NCBI GenBank assembly: GCA_036172245.1
Contig: JAYWIR010000034.1
Location: 2,046,001 to 2,110,000 of the forward strand
Origin: Raillietiella orientalis
Lineage: Eukaryota
Direction: 5' to 3'
Length of the DNA stretch: 64,000 nucleotides
Each line of letters begins with the position of its first letter. Position 1 is the stretch's first letter. This document shows, piece by piece, positions 51,149 through 64,000 of the stretch. A program made the position numbers and the translations under genes. The notes under the pieces were generated by a model. That model worked only from the letters and a program-made list of their open reading frames with translations, searched no databases and was not told the origin of the DNA.

Positions 51149-54100
51149 ATGAGAGCATGCCAGGTAGATGGTCCACGCGCCAATGCCCTCGCATCATGCT
51201 TTCTTAAGGTTTCAGTGGCTTTCCTGTTGATCGGTGGTGTCTGGATGCAGTTCCTTCCTTCCCAAACGCCAAATTCGCTCTCGAAGAACATAGAGGACAA
51301 GAACAGGGGCGACCTCCCCGTGGAACAGTGAGTGTTTCGTGGTTCTTAACGCGATCATGCAGTCTCTAACCGCGAAAGTTTCACCTCGTTATTTCCATCC
51401 TGCCGGACCCACGAATGGCTGCCCGTTCGTGCAGACATTCGAGGGTGTAACGGCGTTTCGAGTAAGATGCTCGTCAGCTTATTTCATTGATAGTTAGGGG
51501 GTTTGCCCCTGTGAAGCCTGAAAAACAGTCAAGGAAGTTCCGTGCGATTCGATCATGTGAATGGCGCCAGCGGCACTCTTGTACCGGAGATGCAAACAGC
51601 TTTGCTTCCATCCTATTCTTCATTAGTAAACGAGGGTGGTTCTTTTGATGCTGGAAGTCACCGGGAGATCACGTGCGTCTGGAAGTGCACTCACACAACT
51701 CATCGGAAAGAGTCCGTGAAAAAAAGCTCCTTCGTCATCGCAATGATGGACGGAGTCTACGCTCGAGTCATTTGCACGTGACTGCTTTCGGTCCTCTCAT
51801 TCACTTGAGATCTGCGGGAGCCGTATGCTCCGGTTCCTAGCAAACAGCAACAGCATTTTCCCTTGCATTTACAGTGCAAAATGCATCGGCATCCCAGTTA
51901 GGATGCCTTGTTTTCCTATATTTGCGCAGGGCTGTTACCATTCCAGTGTAATTGGGAAAAGCAAGTTGTCCTTGTTGATGTTTTCAAACTGTGTTGCGTA
52001 GGACGGCTCCAATGTCGTCATGATCCGCCTGTTGCCACGGTGAACTGTCAGGCACCACGAATGCGAACTCTTTGGCATTTCGTCTCGGTTCCCTTCTGGA
52101 GGGAACTTAGCAAAGGACTCGGATCTGATTGGTGAAAATTTAGCTGGCCTCACCGTCTACTCGTCTTTCGATGTCACGGCTCGCTGCCATTAACGCTTCG
52201 TGCGATGCCAGCCGTTCTTAACGCAGGTGAGCCGACAGTTCCTGTTCCCCTTTGCTGGTGGCAGCAGTGAAACATAAGCGGCATCGTTCTGGGAGTCCCG
52301 AGGAAGTGAAGCGCCGCCAGCCGCATGCCTTTCCCATATTGGTCGAAGGAAGGTTTGAATAGTTTGTGGGTCACTCAGCCAGTTATAGTTGTTGGTTGAT
52401 AATCACCCAGCTATTAACTACCAGCTGGAGTGGAGTCTTCGATCCTTTTTTGCTTTTTTAAAATCCGAGTGTACGTACATTGTACGTACTCCCCTAACAG
52501 CTCTGATTGCAGTGCTGCCTTCTCTGCGTTTTGTGTTTGGGGGACCACGCGCTGCGTGGTACTGGATGAAGGAGAGGAATCTCTCCCGAACCGCGTTGGC
52601 CAAGGACGAATCGCTTCCTGAAGAAAGAAGCAGAAGCGTTTTGGTGATCAGCTGCCTAGATCTAAGGTCTCCCACTTTCTGGAATGCAGGCGCCGGGATC
52701 CCTCGCTCCCCTCCGGCCATGCTGCTTTCACGAACAGCAAGCGGCAGCAACGCAACGTCTTTCGATTGCTTCCGGGAAGCTGCGTCTGATGCGAGTGCAT
52801 CCTGACCGCCGCCAAATTCGGTTTGGGCTCGACGTGGAGAAGGAAGGGGGTGGGGGTGGAGGGTTGGAGTTTTAGCTGAATCCACTTCACTCCGAAAGAA
52901 GGGCGGTTCGACAACTCCAGAAAGGGCGTATGGAGGAGCGAAAGAATTCGCGATCCCTTTCACGTGGAAGGATGCAGAGAAGTGGGGTGGGAACGCACCC
53001 CTACAGCACGCAATGCGGAGAGGCCATCTGAAACTACCAGGAAGGGACTTCCGAACTGACCTCCCGTCCCGAAGGATCAGTACACGCTTCCTTCCTGGCG
53101 CTCGGGCAGGAGGCGCGCAGTTTGCTTTCCGGTGGCGTCGTTGCCGGATCCCCTTGAGAATTCCCGTCAGCTGCTGATGGAACGAAGGGAAGGCGGAGGA
53201 AACGGCGGCATTCGGAACACCACCGAAGTCGGAGGAGCGGGAGCTTTCTCCATCTCGAGAAGACGGGGAAGAGGCACTCAGGGGGATGCAGGGACGCGGG
53301 CACAAAGAGCTCCTCCCGGAAAGGTGCCCATCCCAGATTTCGTTCCAGAAAAACCCTCGCAGCGAGCGGAAAACTGGAATGGGAAGACCCAGAGGATTAC
53401 CAGCTCAGCAGAGGGTTGCTGCTCTTTGCCAGCCAGCCAAGACGGGGTCTCCGCCCGTTCACGAGGCATAGAAGTCTGGAGGCTGCATCCATCTCGAGCG
53501 GCCAGCACGCAGAGCTCGCGGCGGTGGGCGTTCGAAATGAGGGACGCTCCTGTAGCTTGCCAGGGCACCTCCGGCACGTCCACTTCACGCCGGGTGGCCG
53601 GGAGAAGTCGCAGGGGGAGCGTTCACGCGACTGTCCCCAACGCCGCCGGCAACTCTTCCTCGTCTCGAGAGACCGCTGAGCGAGAGCGGCGGCCAGCGGC
53701 GTGGGCGACACCCGTTTGCCGAGTTGGAGAGAAGGGGGAGGGAGAAGGGGCCTCGTTCTTGTCGTCGTGGCGCAGCATTACACGCGTCTCAGAGTTCCTT
53801 CCACCAAGTGCCTTGTCGCAAGCCAGCCGTACTGAAGCGACCTCTTTCTCTCCTTCGCCTCTGACCTGGAGGACTGCAGGGTGGGCGCGCGCCTGGCGAA
53901 TTCTGGGGCTGCTTGCACGGCTCCCGGCTTGCTCTTTGTCGTTTCCCTCCTCCTCCCCCTCCCCTCTTTTGTCTTTTTGTCTTATTCCTCCCTGCCTCCC
54001 TACTTGGAAACACTAACGAGATGTCGAACTATTTTTAGAATGGATGAGAGCCTTGGCGTTGAGAGTAGCGATATCGATCGGTTCCCGAATGTTGCGTGTG

Positions 54101-54421
54101 TCACTCACGATCAGTAAGCACCACTTGACTGTCTTCATCTGCTTCCCTATTTCCAGGAGCTTGCCATTTAAAAGAGCACTTTCCAGCTCCTACTACCCCT
54201 CCTACAATCCGGGGTACTCCTACGACAACATGCAGTACATCTGCAGCCAGTACTGCTCCAGCTTTTACCCCGGCGGGGGAGGAGGAGGATACTACTTCCC
54301 CTTCGGGGCAGGAAGGCCGCCGTTTGCCGGTGGAGGAGGAGGAGGCTTTTCCGGGATCGGAGGTTACTACCCAGGGTACAGGAACCCGGTCTCCTCCCGA
54401 CCAGGCCCGCACAGACCTTGA
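51149..54421 (+). CDS. Secreted Gly/Tyr/Pro-rich prepropeptide, 3 exons, 132 aa
   Basis: Exons 51149-51163, 51209-51327 and 54157-54421 join in phase: MRACQVSVAFLLIGGVWMQFLPSQTPNSLSKNIEDKNRGDLPVEQSLPFKR-ALSSSYYPSYNPGYSYDNMQYICSQYCSSFYPGGGGGGYYFPFGAGRPPFAGGGGGGFSGIGGYYPGYRNPVSSRPGPHRP*. It has a signal-peptide-like N-terminus and a KR site, with TATA upstream and AATAAA at 54487-54492. Confidence 0.78.
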
Positions 54422-54486
54422 CCGCCCCCGGCCCGGAACCGAATGGGCGCCGGGTGACACCGGCGACGCGGCCAGCCTGCAGCTCC

Positions 54487-54492
54487 AATAAA
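54487..54492 (+). terminator. Polyadenylation signal of the secreted peptide gene
   Basis: AATAAA ~65 nt after the stop, in otherwise GC-rich sequence. Confidence 0.7.
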
Positions 54493-57400
54493 GTCTTGAG
54501 GCCCCCCTTTCCCCCCCCCAAGAGGGCTTTCACATGATTCCGGGCAGTCGGCTGCTGCCTCACGGGGAGAGTGTGGGCGAGACCAGCAGAGAGGAGAGTT
54601 CTCTCTCCGGCCCTCCCTCCGGCCGAGTCCTGCTGCCGAGGGAGGAGCGCAGGGTCGGCAGGTGACGGTGGGAGGGAAGGCTCTGCTCCCGCGAGGATCG
54701 ACGGATGGCCTCCACGCCCTCCTCCCCGCCTCGGAAGCTGCGAGAAGGCAGTAGGCGCGCCCTCCTCGCACCCGTCCCCCCACCTTCCAACCAGGTGCGG
54801 AGACAGCGGCGCTGCCGTCCGTCCACGGCGCAAAGGTGCTGGTGGACAGCTTCCTCCGCCCATGGCCTCCAATGGTATGGGGTGTTCCCGCAATGGGGTC
54901 TCGGGGACGCCCTGCCCCTCAAAGCAAATCGGGGCTGCCGCCCAGGACATCCCGCGCTCCGGAGGGCGTGGACGCTGCGTGCGGCAAAGGGAGGAGGAGA
55001 TATGCTCTTCGCGCCTCCGTGGCTTCTCCGGGTGCCCCGCGAAAAGGGACAGGTTGGAAGAGGAAGTTGAGGTCCCTCCTCTTCCTCCCTGTCTCCCTCC
55101 ACTCCAGAGGTTCCTTGCTCGCTCGCGCTCCAGGCTGTTCCCTTCCTTAGGCAGTCGACCGATTATCTCCGCGCGCACCCGCGCCGTCGTCGGCTCACAG
55201 CGACTGCGCGGGCAGCGCAGCACCCGGAGATGCAGCGGCAGCGGGAGGAAAATCGCACGGGACGCGTAGGCGGGCGGTGGGCCCGGCTCTCCCCCATGGT
55301 CACGCCGGACGCGCGCCGCTCCCTGGCAAGCGCGCGCGCGTGGGAACGCGCGTCTCCGGAAGAGGAGGGACAGACGCGGCCGGATGTGCGTGCAGCAGCG
55401 CCGTCGGATTCCCCGAAGTCCAACTTCGATGACGGCCCCGCCTCTCTCGCTCCGCTTCCGGCCCTCGCCGCACGACCCGCCCTCCCTGCTTAGCCCTTGA
55501 TGCTCCCAGTTCGTTCCCCCCTCTCCCCCTTCCCTCCCCACTACCTTCCGGCGCTCCACTCCGGATGCCGAACAACGGGAGGAAGAAACTTTTCCGGGCC
55601 CCCGGGCACAGGGCACGGGGCCGGGTCGCGCCATCGTAAGCGGCATCGCCTTCGAGACGCGGAAGCTCTGCTCCTTCGAACGCCCGCGACTATCACCTCG
55701 CGTTCCGGCGTCCCCATCGTCAGGGGACACCCCTGGGAAGCAGCCGCCTCAATCGCAGCGCGATGGCGGAGGAGGAAGATTGGAGGATGCGTTTCAGCAG
55801 GAGGAACGGCTACCATGGCAACGAACGAAGAGGCAGGTGGCGTCCCTTAGAGGCATCCTGTCGAACGGGCGGATCTTTTGGAGGAGGAGGCCTGTGAAGG
55901 CGTCAGAGGGGGGGGGGGAAGTCCCAGGGGACTAAGGAGGGGTGGGTCTCTTCTTGCCATTCGCCGTCTTCCAGCAAGCGATCTCCCTGGAAGGCTTTCT
56001 CTTGTTTCAGGCACGGCCGTCGCCGTTCGCCCGGCCGGAAGACGCGGGGATGGAAAACGGGGGCCGGGGCGGGAGACCCCATGCGCTGTCCCTTGAAGTC
56101 AAAGCCCGGAATGTGCCGGAATGGTCGACTGCAGCTGAAGGGGAGGGTGGGGGCGACAAATGCACCCTGGGAGGGAAGGGGGACGCTGACTTCAAAAGTA
56201 GCACTGCGAGGAAGGCGACCCTTTCGAGTGAGCGGGAGAGAGAGATTTTTCCCTCTCCCTTCGCGCGTCCTCCTCGGACGTCCAGCGGTCAGCGTGGGGA
56301 CATCTGCCACACGCCATCTTCCTGCTTCGTTCCCCTTCCGGCTGGCATACCCAGTGAGCGCTGTCCGGGATCGCCGAGGAACATTCAGGTCTGAGGAACG
56401 AGAGGGAGAGAGCAGACGACCCCAACTCGAGCATCTGCCACCGTCTTACCCTTATACACATTCTGGGGGGGCGGCAAAACTTCCTCTTCGAGAAGGAGGG
56501 AACTCCTGGACCTCATAACGGGCGTTCTCCGCAAAAAATGACCTGACCAGGCATCTCATCGGAGCTGGAGGAGGGCGAGGGGAGAGGATAAAAAGGAACC
56601 GGAGGCAAAAAGGGAGGGAAGGAAGAGGAAAAAGAAAGGAGGAAGGAGAGAAGAGGAGGATATGCTGAAGCTGCGCGTCAGTCTCGAGCGGGCATGTGTC
56701 TGGGACTGTCGGGCGATACGCGAGCGAGGAAGCGCCTGCCTCCGGTTTTTCGCCGCAGGGTGAACCGTAGGGTTGTGGGAGCCGAGGGATGTACCAGCGC
56801 GATTGATGCACCCATTAGGTGACGAGGACCTCTCCCGGGAAAAACGAAAAAGAAACCAGGGAATATTCCTTCTCGCGATCGTGCCTCATCTCTCGGTTGC
56901 TCACGGAGGCTTTTCCGCCTTTTCTCATCTTCCTTTTTTTTTTTTTGAGGGAGGGGGAGGCGGGGAGGGACTGTTTTTATGGTGCCCCAGAGAACAGGAA
57001 CGAACGTCCCCGAACTAGAGGGAGCGAGTAACGCACGTGTGGGATGGAGCAAAACCTTGAGGGATGTGCCCCGGAAGTCCGTTAGTATGAGGCGGGGGTC
57101 ACTGGACACCAAGCTGGCTTCTCTGCAAGAGGAAACGCAGGAAACAGCAAACGCTCGCTGCTTGCCGGAAGCTGCAACGGAAAGTCTCCTCCTCCTCCTC
57201 CTCAACTGACACTCGACATCCAAGGACACTGTGCCAATGCTCAGATGGTGACCCACTTGCGCAAGACGCAACGGAAGGCGCTCAAGGTGGAGGGCACTTC
57301 AGGTGTGTGGAAAATGTAAAAAGAAAAAGACACGATCACGTGATCATCTCGGGAGCGAATCCGGGGCAAACATTTATTCATCCGGAAAGAGGGAATGGTT

Positions 57401-59013
57401 GGATCCTCAGGAGTGCGACAGGATTCCAAGGGCAAGGATGGGAGCACGTACGCGCTACACAACTCTGGGTGGGGCGCTACCGCTCTGCTCGGCACGCACA
57501 GCTTTCGTCCCAAGGACCAGCAAGCAGGCAGGGTGGAGGGGAGAAGGTGGAGAGGAGAGGGGGGGAAGAGAGGGAAGAGCAAGCTTTGAAAAGGAGAGGA
57601 CAGTGGAGAGAGTTGTTCTCCAAACGTGTTTCCAAGGTTGTGAGAGAGGTCGGTCGGAATGCAGAAGACTCGGAAATCTCCATCCGGCGACTTCCTATTT
57701 CCAAGATTAACCGCTTGGGCAGCGCTGCCGTCTCAACGAGACGGGCAAGCGGCGGGCTGGCAGGCGGATGCGCCCTGCTGTCCGCTAGGATCAGCCAACT
57801 GCCGAGGAACGGATGCTTCTCGCAAGCAGCAAGAGCCTTGGATGCCGCCCATGGGATGTTTCCCGAGGATGACCGGGGAGGCAACGGACGGAGGAATGCC
57901 TGCCGCATGCTTCCTGGCCACCGAGTTAGCAAGGAGTGGGATCGGAAACGGGGTCCCGGCTTTTACTAAAAGCTCGAAACAGTTACGTCCACGAGGAGAA
58001 GGCGGAAGGGGGCTGGGGACCAGATGGAACGACCGGCATTAGCTGGCGGCCGGATGGAGTTTCTCCAGGAGCACCACCCTCTGAAAGGGGATCGCTAAAG
58101 CGGAACCTTCTCTCCCCGAAAAGCTCTACCTCGGCGCACTCGACGAAGCCGTCGATGGTGGTCACCCCCGCCATCGATGCTTCCTTCTCCCAGTTGAATC
58201 ATCCCGCCTTTCATCCTGCATGCTCACTCCCATTCCTCTCGACCGCGTCTCTGCTCCTCCCGGCAGCCCTCCCTGACCCTCGAGGTTTCTCCGAATTGCT
58301 CCCGGCTGTCGGTCAAAATGCAGCGACTTCCACTCTCCACGCCCTTCCTCTTTCTGCTTCCCCAGCAGTCCTCGTCCTTACATCCCCTTCCCACCCACCC
58401 CACTCTTCTCTTCTCCATCCACCCGCACAGAAGCCCTTGAACATCTCCAGAAGGAGAAAAGGACCGGACGAGTGGACGACGGGCCAGCTTACGAAAGCTG
58501 CAACTTCAAGTGCCACCCCCCCACGAGGACTTCTGAGCTGAGGCGAGCTACTGGGAATTCCGGTGCAGTGACCCTCAGCGCTTCTGGATCCACGCACCCT
58601 CCCATTAAAGTGTCAGGAGTCAAAGCTGCTGCTGCTGCACTGGGCCTCCCGTGCAACATCCACCGGCATCACTGGACATGGGTGTGTATGTGCCAGGTAC
58701 GGGGATCAGGAATCCCTCTCGCACCTGCTTGTGGACTGTGTTGCCTTCTGGTCCCTTTGGGAACGCTTTGCCGCGACCCTTGGAACCCCTACGCACCCCG
58801 GCGTTAACTCTAGGGACGCTTTACGGCCCCTCCTCTTACCCTTCGGCCGTCAGCCTCGTTAGCAGCTCTCTGCTGCCTACACGGGTTCGTAGCTGCCTGC
58901 AGAGACACAGGAAGAATACCTAGCAATAGGATGCTTTCCACTTCGCCGTCCGATCCATGAAGACGGCAGAGAGATGACCCCACCTAGACAGCCATATGCA
59001 GCAAGACCTTGCC

Positions 59014-59382
59014 GGCATCCTCCAAAGGGTCTGCTCCTTTGAACAACTGGAGAGATGCCTGTGAAGGCTCCTGCTCCATCTTGAAACCGGAAGGGTCCCC
59101 CGGTGAGGGGGGTCCACTCTCCGTTGCACGACAGGAGAGGGAACTCCCCACTCCTTTATTCCTAGGAGGACCCGAAGGTCGACTCCCATTGTTCCGGCCT
59201 TCATCGGGGGCCTCCGGGCTTAATCCACCACCGGTGCCACGCCCGAATGTCTCGGTCAACCAGAACCATTGCAGGAGAAACTCGGAACCCAAAGACTCAG
59301 TGGCGTCAATTTCTGCCGGAGTATTCGAACCCGGGGGTGCGGGTACCACACACGGAAGCCTTAACCACAAGACCTCCGACGC
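59014..59382 (-). mobile_element. tRNA-derived SINE-like element, copy 2
   Basis: Minus strand GCGTCGGAGGTCTTGTGGTTAAGGCTTCCGTGTGTGGTACCCGCACCCCCGGGTTCGAATAC (A and B boxes). Body is homologous to 1204-1500, e.g. tccccactcctt(g/t)attcct(g/a)ggagga and ttgcaggag(g/a)aa(t/c)tcgga. Confidence 0.75.
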
Positions 59383-59579
59383 GGACCGATGCAGACAGGG
59401 ATCCCTTCCCGAATCCCCCTCCCAAGCTTATTTTCTTTTTCTTCGTGTTAGCCCCCCTCCTTCCTTCCCCCTCCTTCCTCTGCTGCCGTGGAGGACCTCA
59501 TCGCTCTGCGAACCGGTAACGCAGCAGGTTAGATCTACAAAGGATGGGGAGTTCGACCACTGGTTCAATAACAGAAATG

Positions 59580-61260
59580 GTAAATGCTTATTTTATTTAA
59601 AAATAAACGCCCCGGCGCACCCGGTGAGAACGCACAGAATCCCTTCCTTGCCTCCAGTAGCAAAAGAGGGAGAGAAAGGTATCCGCGGGTTGTTCAGGTG
59701 ATCTCAGGCAGACCGTTCCTTCTGGTGCTTCCGCGAACTCCAACGAGTCGTCTGAAAAGATGGCGTTACCTTTCCCGGGGCCTCTTCCGAGGGGCACGTA
59801 CGCTTCCCCCCCCCCCCCGCTTGCCAGTCAGGCACTGGACCTTTTGCTTTTCAATGAGCGCCCCTGAGACCGCAGACCTCTTACCCAGGATTGCCAGACC
59901 ACTTGTTGGAAACAAATGAATCAGATTGGTGCGAGTGAAGAGCACTGAGGTCTACCGTGAGAAGCAGGGAGGGCCAACCTCGCTGGGGACGCGCTTGGGG
60001 GTGGAGTAGAGGGGGAGGAACGAGGGTCAGCAACTGAAAAAGTGTGGAGTGGGGAATGGGGTGGGCGGGTCTCACGGTGGCGCACGGGATCCCCGAAAGC
60101 CTGCGTCGGGCAGGGACGGGAGAGGGAGGGGAGGATACGACGCACCGCACGCACTGGGGTTTCGAGCTGGCGTGACCGTGGCCGTCCTGAGGCTTCCCAT
60201 CCCGGTTCGTCGCACTTCGTAAGAGGGCGCTTGCGCTTGCGGACGGCTCCACGGGATAGCGACAATCGCCTTTGCCCGCATGTGGCAGAGAGTCTCCAGG
60301 GAAAAGGCGACTGGCAGCCCTGGAGTGGAGCGAGCACTTGCTCCGGCACGACCGAAGGGTGGACGCGAAAACGGCGTCCTCGTGCGGAGCAGGGACGTCC
60401 CCAGCCCTCGAAAGATGCCGGTCTGTGAGTGAATGCTGAGGGAGGTTCCCTGTCTGCATGCGCGCACCGCCTTCGGGAACGCAAACGGGCTGCCCGATGC
60501 CCCCTCTGTTCTCGCCCTGCTCCAGGACACCGATCGGACCTCCAGGGAGAAGGAGTAGGAGGTCGGGAGACCTAGATCAGCCAGGAGGAGTTGGTGCACT
60601 GAAAACGTGGCTTAGCGTTCCCCTGCAGGGTCGCATTTCTCGTGAGGGAGCGACTGGTGGGAACAGTGAGAGAAGTTCGCTCTGACCAGGCGGTTGGTCA
60701 GGCGGACCAACTTACGGAGAAGCGATCCTCTATTTTGGAAAGTGTGGGAACGCATGACAGGAACGTGGGCAAGGCTTTCCCACCGGTTTTATCATCTCCT
60801 CTCTCTATGGATCCCGTCTCTCTGTGCACAGTGGTTCCTTCTCACAGTCTTCTAGCAGTTCCGGAGTTCTGGCCGCTCGGGCACATACACGCACCTCGCC
60901 GTTCAAGTTTGATCCCGCCTCTTCCATATGGAGACGATCCGAATTCTGCCTGCATATCATTCGGGCTGCGGATTGCCGCAGGCCGGTGGTGCGTCGAGCT
61001 GCTCGCTGGTGGTCTTCAAAGACAGTCTCCTCGCGAGGCAGGTTGTCGCTCCTCCTTTCGCGGAGTTTTGCGCGCCCATAGGCCGAGTGAGCCACTTTCG
61101 TGCACTCCTCTCCCTAGAGGCGGCTACCGCCTTCTACTTGGGTGGCCGGGGCATGTCGCTTGGCGCGGGACGAGACTCGCGAACCGTGAGCGCGCGCCCA
61201 TGCAGGCAGTATGTGGGAGGCAGACTCCAGCCCTGTCCTCCCTTGGATGACCACCTGCAC
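59580..61260 (+). mobile_element. Decayed LINE relic (RT plus RNase H, I-group-like)
   Basis: Frame-hopping residual motifs in the correct order: NKRPGAPG, LLETN, GLPDAPSVL (GxPQGSVL-like), WCTEN, then RNase H LVVFKDSL and LGWPGHV..RG..LANR. The element may extend upstream to ~57950. Confidence 0.55.
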
Positions 61261-61399
61261 TCGCGGGCAGATCTCCTGGATAGATAAAGAGTTCCGGAAG
61301 CGGAGTTGCTACCCCTGGGCAAGGGGTCACTTGCCCATGCTTAGCGAATTCAAGGAGACTGGCTAAGCTCTTCGCCGCAGCTTCCTATTCGGTGGGCCA

Positions 61400-62850
61400 T
61401 CAGTGAGCTCTAAGACATGGATCGGCTGCAAGGCCATCCAGGAGTTCCATCTCCTCTTCCTGATGCGCCAACGACCTGCAAAATAGGAATCGACCGGGGA
61501 CGAGCGACAATTGCGCTTCTTCCCCTGCCCTGGCGCACACGATGTACGGCACCTGGAAGAGCACCACTGTGTAGCCGAAAGGCAGGTACAGAGGACTTGG
61601 GTTCGAAATGAGAATGCCTGAGGGCGAAGACTGTCTTTGAAGACCACCAGACGCCCCAGCGACCTGCGGCAATTTCCACGTTCGCCGCTGGGAAGGTCCA
61701 GCACGCTATTGGTCGGCATCAGGGAAGGGTGCTCTGCCAACGGAGCTGTTTACTGTTCTATGCAAGAGTCCTCTCCACCTCTGCGGACGGTAGCAAGTGA
61801 TCCGGAGGATGCGGACTGCGGACGATCCAGGACGTGGTGATCCTGGAGGGACAGGCAGGGGAGCACTCCGTGATCGGCTCGGGACAAACACACGCTGATT
61901 TCGGGCCTTTCATGGAGACGGCCTGCTTCTAGCGCGGCCTGGTCCAGGCTGCAAGAGCACGTTGCTAGGGAACGCACTCCTGAAGTCCTCCCTCTTGCAC
62001 CGCAACAGATAAGGAAGACCGCTGCAGGGATGTACCCAGTAACCTTGAATCTCAGTCGGCGTACAAAAAAGCGTTCACTGCTGTGGCGACCAGAAGCTAC
62101 TGAGAGATGGACCTCTTTGGATTCCTGGACACTCTGCAGGGGTATCAGGAATCCATCAGCACTTCTTTCTGCGTTTGTCACTTGTACGGTACCTGTACAG
62201 AGGGGAGCTGCGGCAGGAAGATGGAAGATCAAAGGTCCGAGTCCTATGCTCTTCAGCATCTATTTCTGAATGTTGCCAAACTGACATGGGAAGACTCTCA
62301 TCATCTGGTCCATACGCGCTAGCACTGGGGCGGTCTACCGCTATCCATGACCTTCTGGAGGGGGGTCTCTTGAAACCTCTTCCAGTCGATACACTGAGGT
62401 CCAACAGACTGAAGTCAGAGGTCATTCCCCGTTGGAGGGAACGTGTTCTGAGCAGCCTGGGTGATGCACCCAGGGATCTCTGTGGGCCGCACGTTCCCAT
62501 ACTTACGTGCACCCACGGATGAATTCTGCATTTTTGCAGAAGAGCGCTTTCAAAGGCTGGAAAAGATCTTGGTTCCGTTGAATAGGGGCCGGCTCCTTGG
62601 CCTTCCCGAGAACCTTCCACGTGGAACGACTTCGTTTCCACCCTTCCCTGCCTCCTCCTGCTCGTGGGCATATCTCCTTATGGAGTGAAGCACTGGGAAG
62701 AGGGTGATCTCATGAGGAAAAGCTTGCGTGGAAAGACCTGGCGGTTCCACAGAAGCATGCGCATGCGCAGATAAGCTTCCAACACTGAGCGTCCATCGCA
62801 AGAGTCGAGAAACTCCACGACGGCTGCTGGACGAGAGAGTTGGTGAACGC
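61400..62850 (-). mobile_element. Decayed LINE relic (RT plus RNase H), opposite orientation
   Basis: Ordered traces on minus: RYAHE (YADD-like), LFNGTK, RP..AYG, NRC.R (thumb region), then RNase H LVVFKDSL and LVPG. Shares a 23-nt perfect match with the + strand relic. Confidence 0.5.
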
Positions 62851-64000
62851 CCTTACCCCTCGTCTTCGGGCAAAGGGACCTATTCGGTGGAATGATCTGC
62901 TTGGTGTGCCTCCCGAAGAAATTGTTGTCCTTCACTTGCGTGTAGAAACCTTCACTTGCGGGATGTTTGTTCTGCTGTCTCTGCACTGGGGATTCCAGTG
63001 CAATCGGCATAAACACATGGTTGCCAGGGAGGTTCATAAACAGTATTTTTCATGGAACTCTGCATTTTTTTTTTTCGATATCTACGAAATCTTTATGTCT
63101 ACAACGGGACTCGGCTTATTGAGATTTCTCATTCCTTCCTTACGAACATTTAAAACGGCACCCTCAAAACGCCACAGGCAAACCTAAGCTACCCTAAACA
63201 GGAGGTACGTCGGTTCTACAAGAATGGCATTGAGGACACGGGTGGGAGCAATCGCTGACTGGAAACAATTTCCGTCATGCGTCGGTGTCCTCACGGACTT
63301 CAGGGAACAGCTGTTACAAAAAGCATCCATCCAATTTTCATGTTTTCTGTGGATGGAAACAACACCAGGGTTTACGCAAAAAAAAACGCAAGGCCAACAG
63401 GTTGCACAAAAACAGCATTTCAAAATCATTTATTTTTTGTCAAACGCGATCCACCTGAAATTCTGACTCCCTGATGCCACTCAGCCATCCACAGTGCCTT
63501 TTCCTTCTAGCAAGGATCTTATTTCACCTACTAACGTTATTGGTAAATTCGTTGAACGGACCCATAATCGCGGGCTTTTTCCCATAGTCACATGATTGCT
63601 AAAAACAAACCCATGCAAGCATGCATGCTGATAACTATCGAGAATTATTAGGGGATTCAGTGTGCTGTACTCTTCCAAAGAGTTCGCAACTGCAGATAAA
63701 GTGGCCAATCAAACAATTCAATTTGCTTGAGATTAATCACCGTCTTAATAATTAGCTTTCTTGTCATGACGTGCAACTATCAGCTTTTATGCAATCAAAG
63801 AGGGCGCTATCCTTATTGGTAATTCATTTCAGTTGCAGTTGTAAACTTCATTAACTTTATCCATTTACGAATGAAAGCATGACTGAATCCCGCCAAATGA
63901 ACATTAATAAAGAAATTATGATATTAAAGAAAATAAATACCCAATTATCTTCAATAACTGCATCACCAAGAAACAGTAGTCCTTAATTGGGTAACACAAA

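Noticed and set aside
51448..51477. Minimal Penelope-type hammerhead on minus (CTGACGAG...CGAAACGCCGTT)
   Set aside because: The core is present but the flanks cannot form stem I, and there is no second copy or Penelope ORF.
54168..55730. 520-aa minus-strand ORF
   Set aside because: GC-driven open frame, antisense to the supported secreted-peptide exon; no domain.
56519..56560. C2H2 zinc-finger-like fragment RAFSAKNDLTRHL
   Set aside because: Immediately preceded by a stop, and lacks the Cys pair and second His.
1..64000. CRISPR arrays, rRNA, prokaryotic operons or defence systems
   Set aside because: No regularly spaced repeats or rRNA motifs were seen, and the recognisable host genes are spliceosomal-intron eukaryotic genes.

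Overview
Eukaryotic DNA from an invertebrate animal, probably an arthropod (GT-AG introns, many only 45-60 nt; AATAAA signals). No prokaryotic features such as operons, CRISPR or rRNA. The window is a sharp compositional mosaic: GC/CpG-rich flanks (~1-15.2 kb, ~50-63 kb) around an AT-rich, CpG-poor core (~15.2-50 kb). The core holds three intron-containing genes reconstructed by hand: a 17-exon vigilin/HDLBP (1247 aa, several degenerate KH loops); a 4-exon microcephalin (MCPH1)-like gene with only the N-terminal BRCT (228 aa); and a 5-exon minus-strand 815-aa protein with a CH-like N-terminus, a long disordered tail, D-box/KEN degrons and a basic C-terminal motif. The flanks hold a decayed near-full-length L1/Tx1-type LINE, two diverged copies of a tRNA(His)-like SINE, two tail-to-tail RT-RNase H LINE relics, a 3-exon secreted Gly/Tyr/Pro-rich prepropeptide gene and an orphan GC-rich terminal exon. 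A hAT-type MITE and a further LINE relic lie in the core. All homology calls come from motif recognition by eye; no searches were run.
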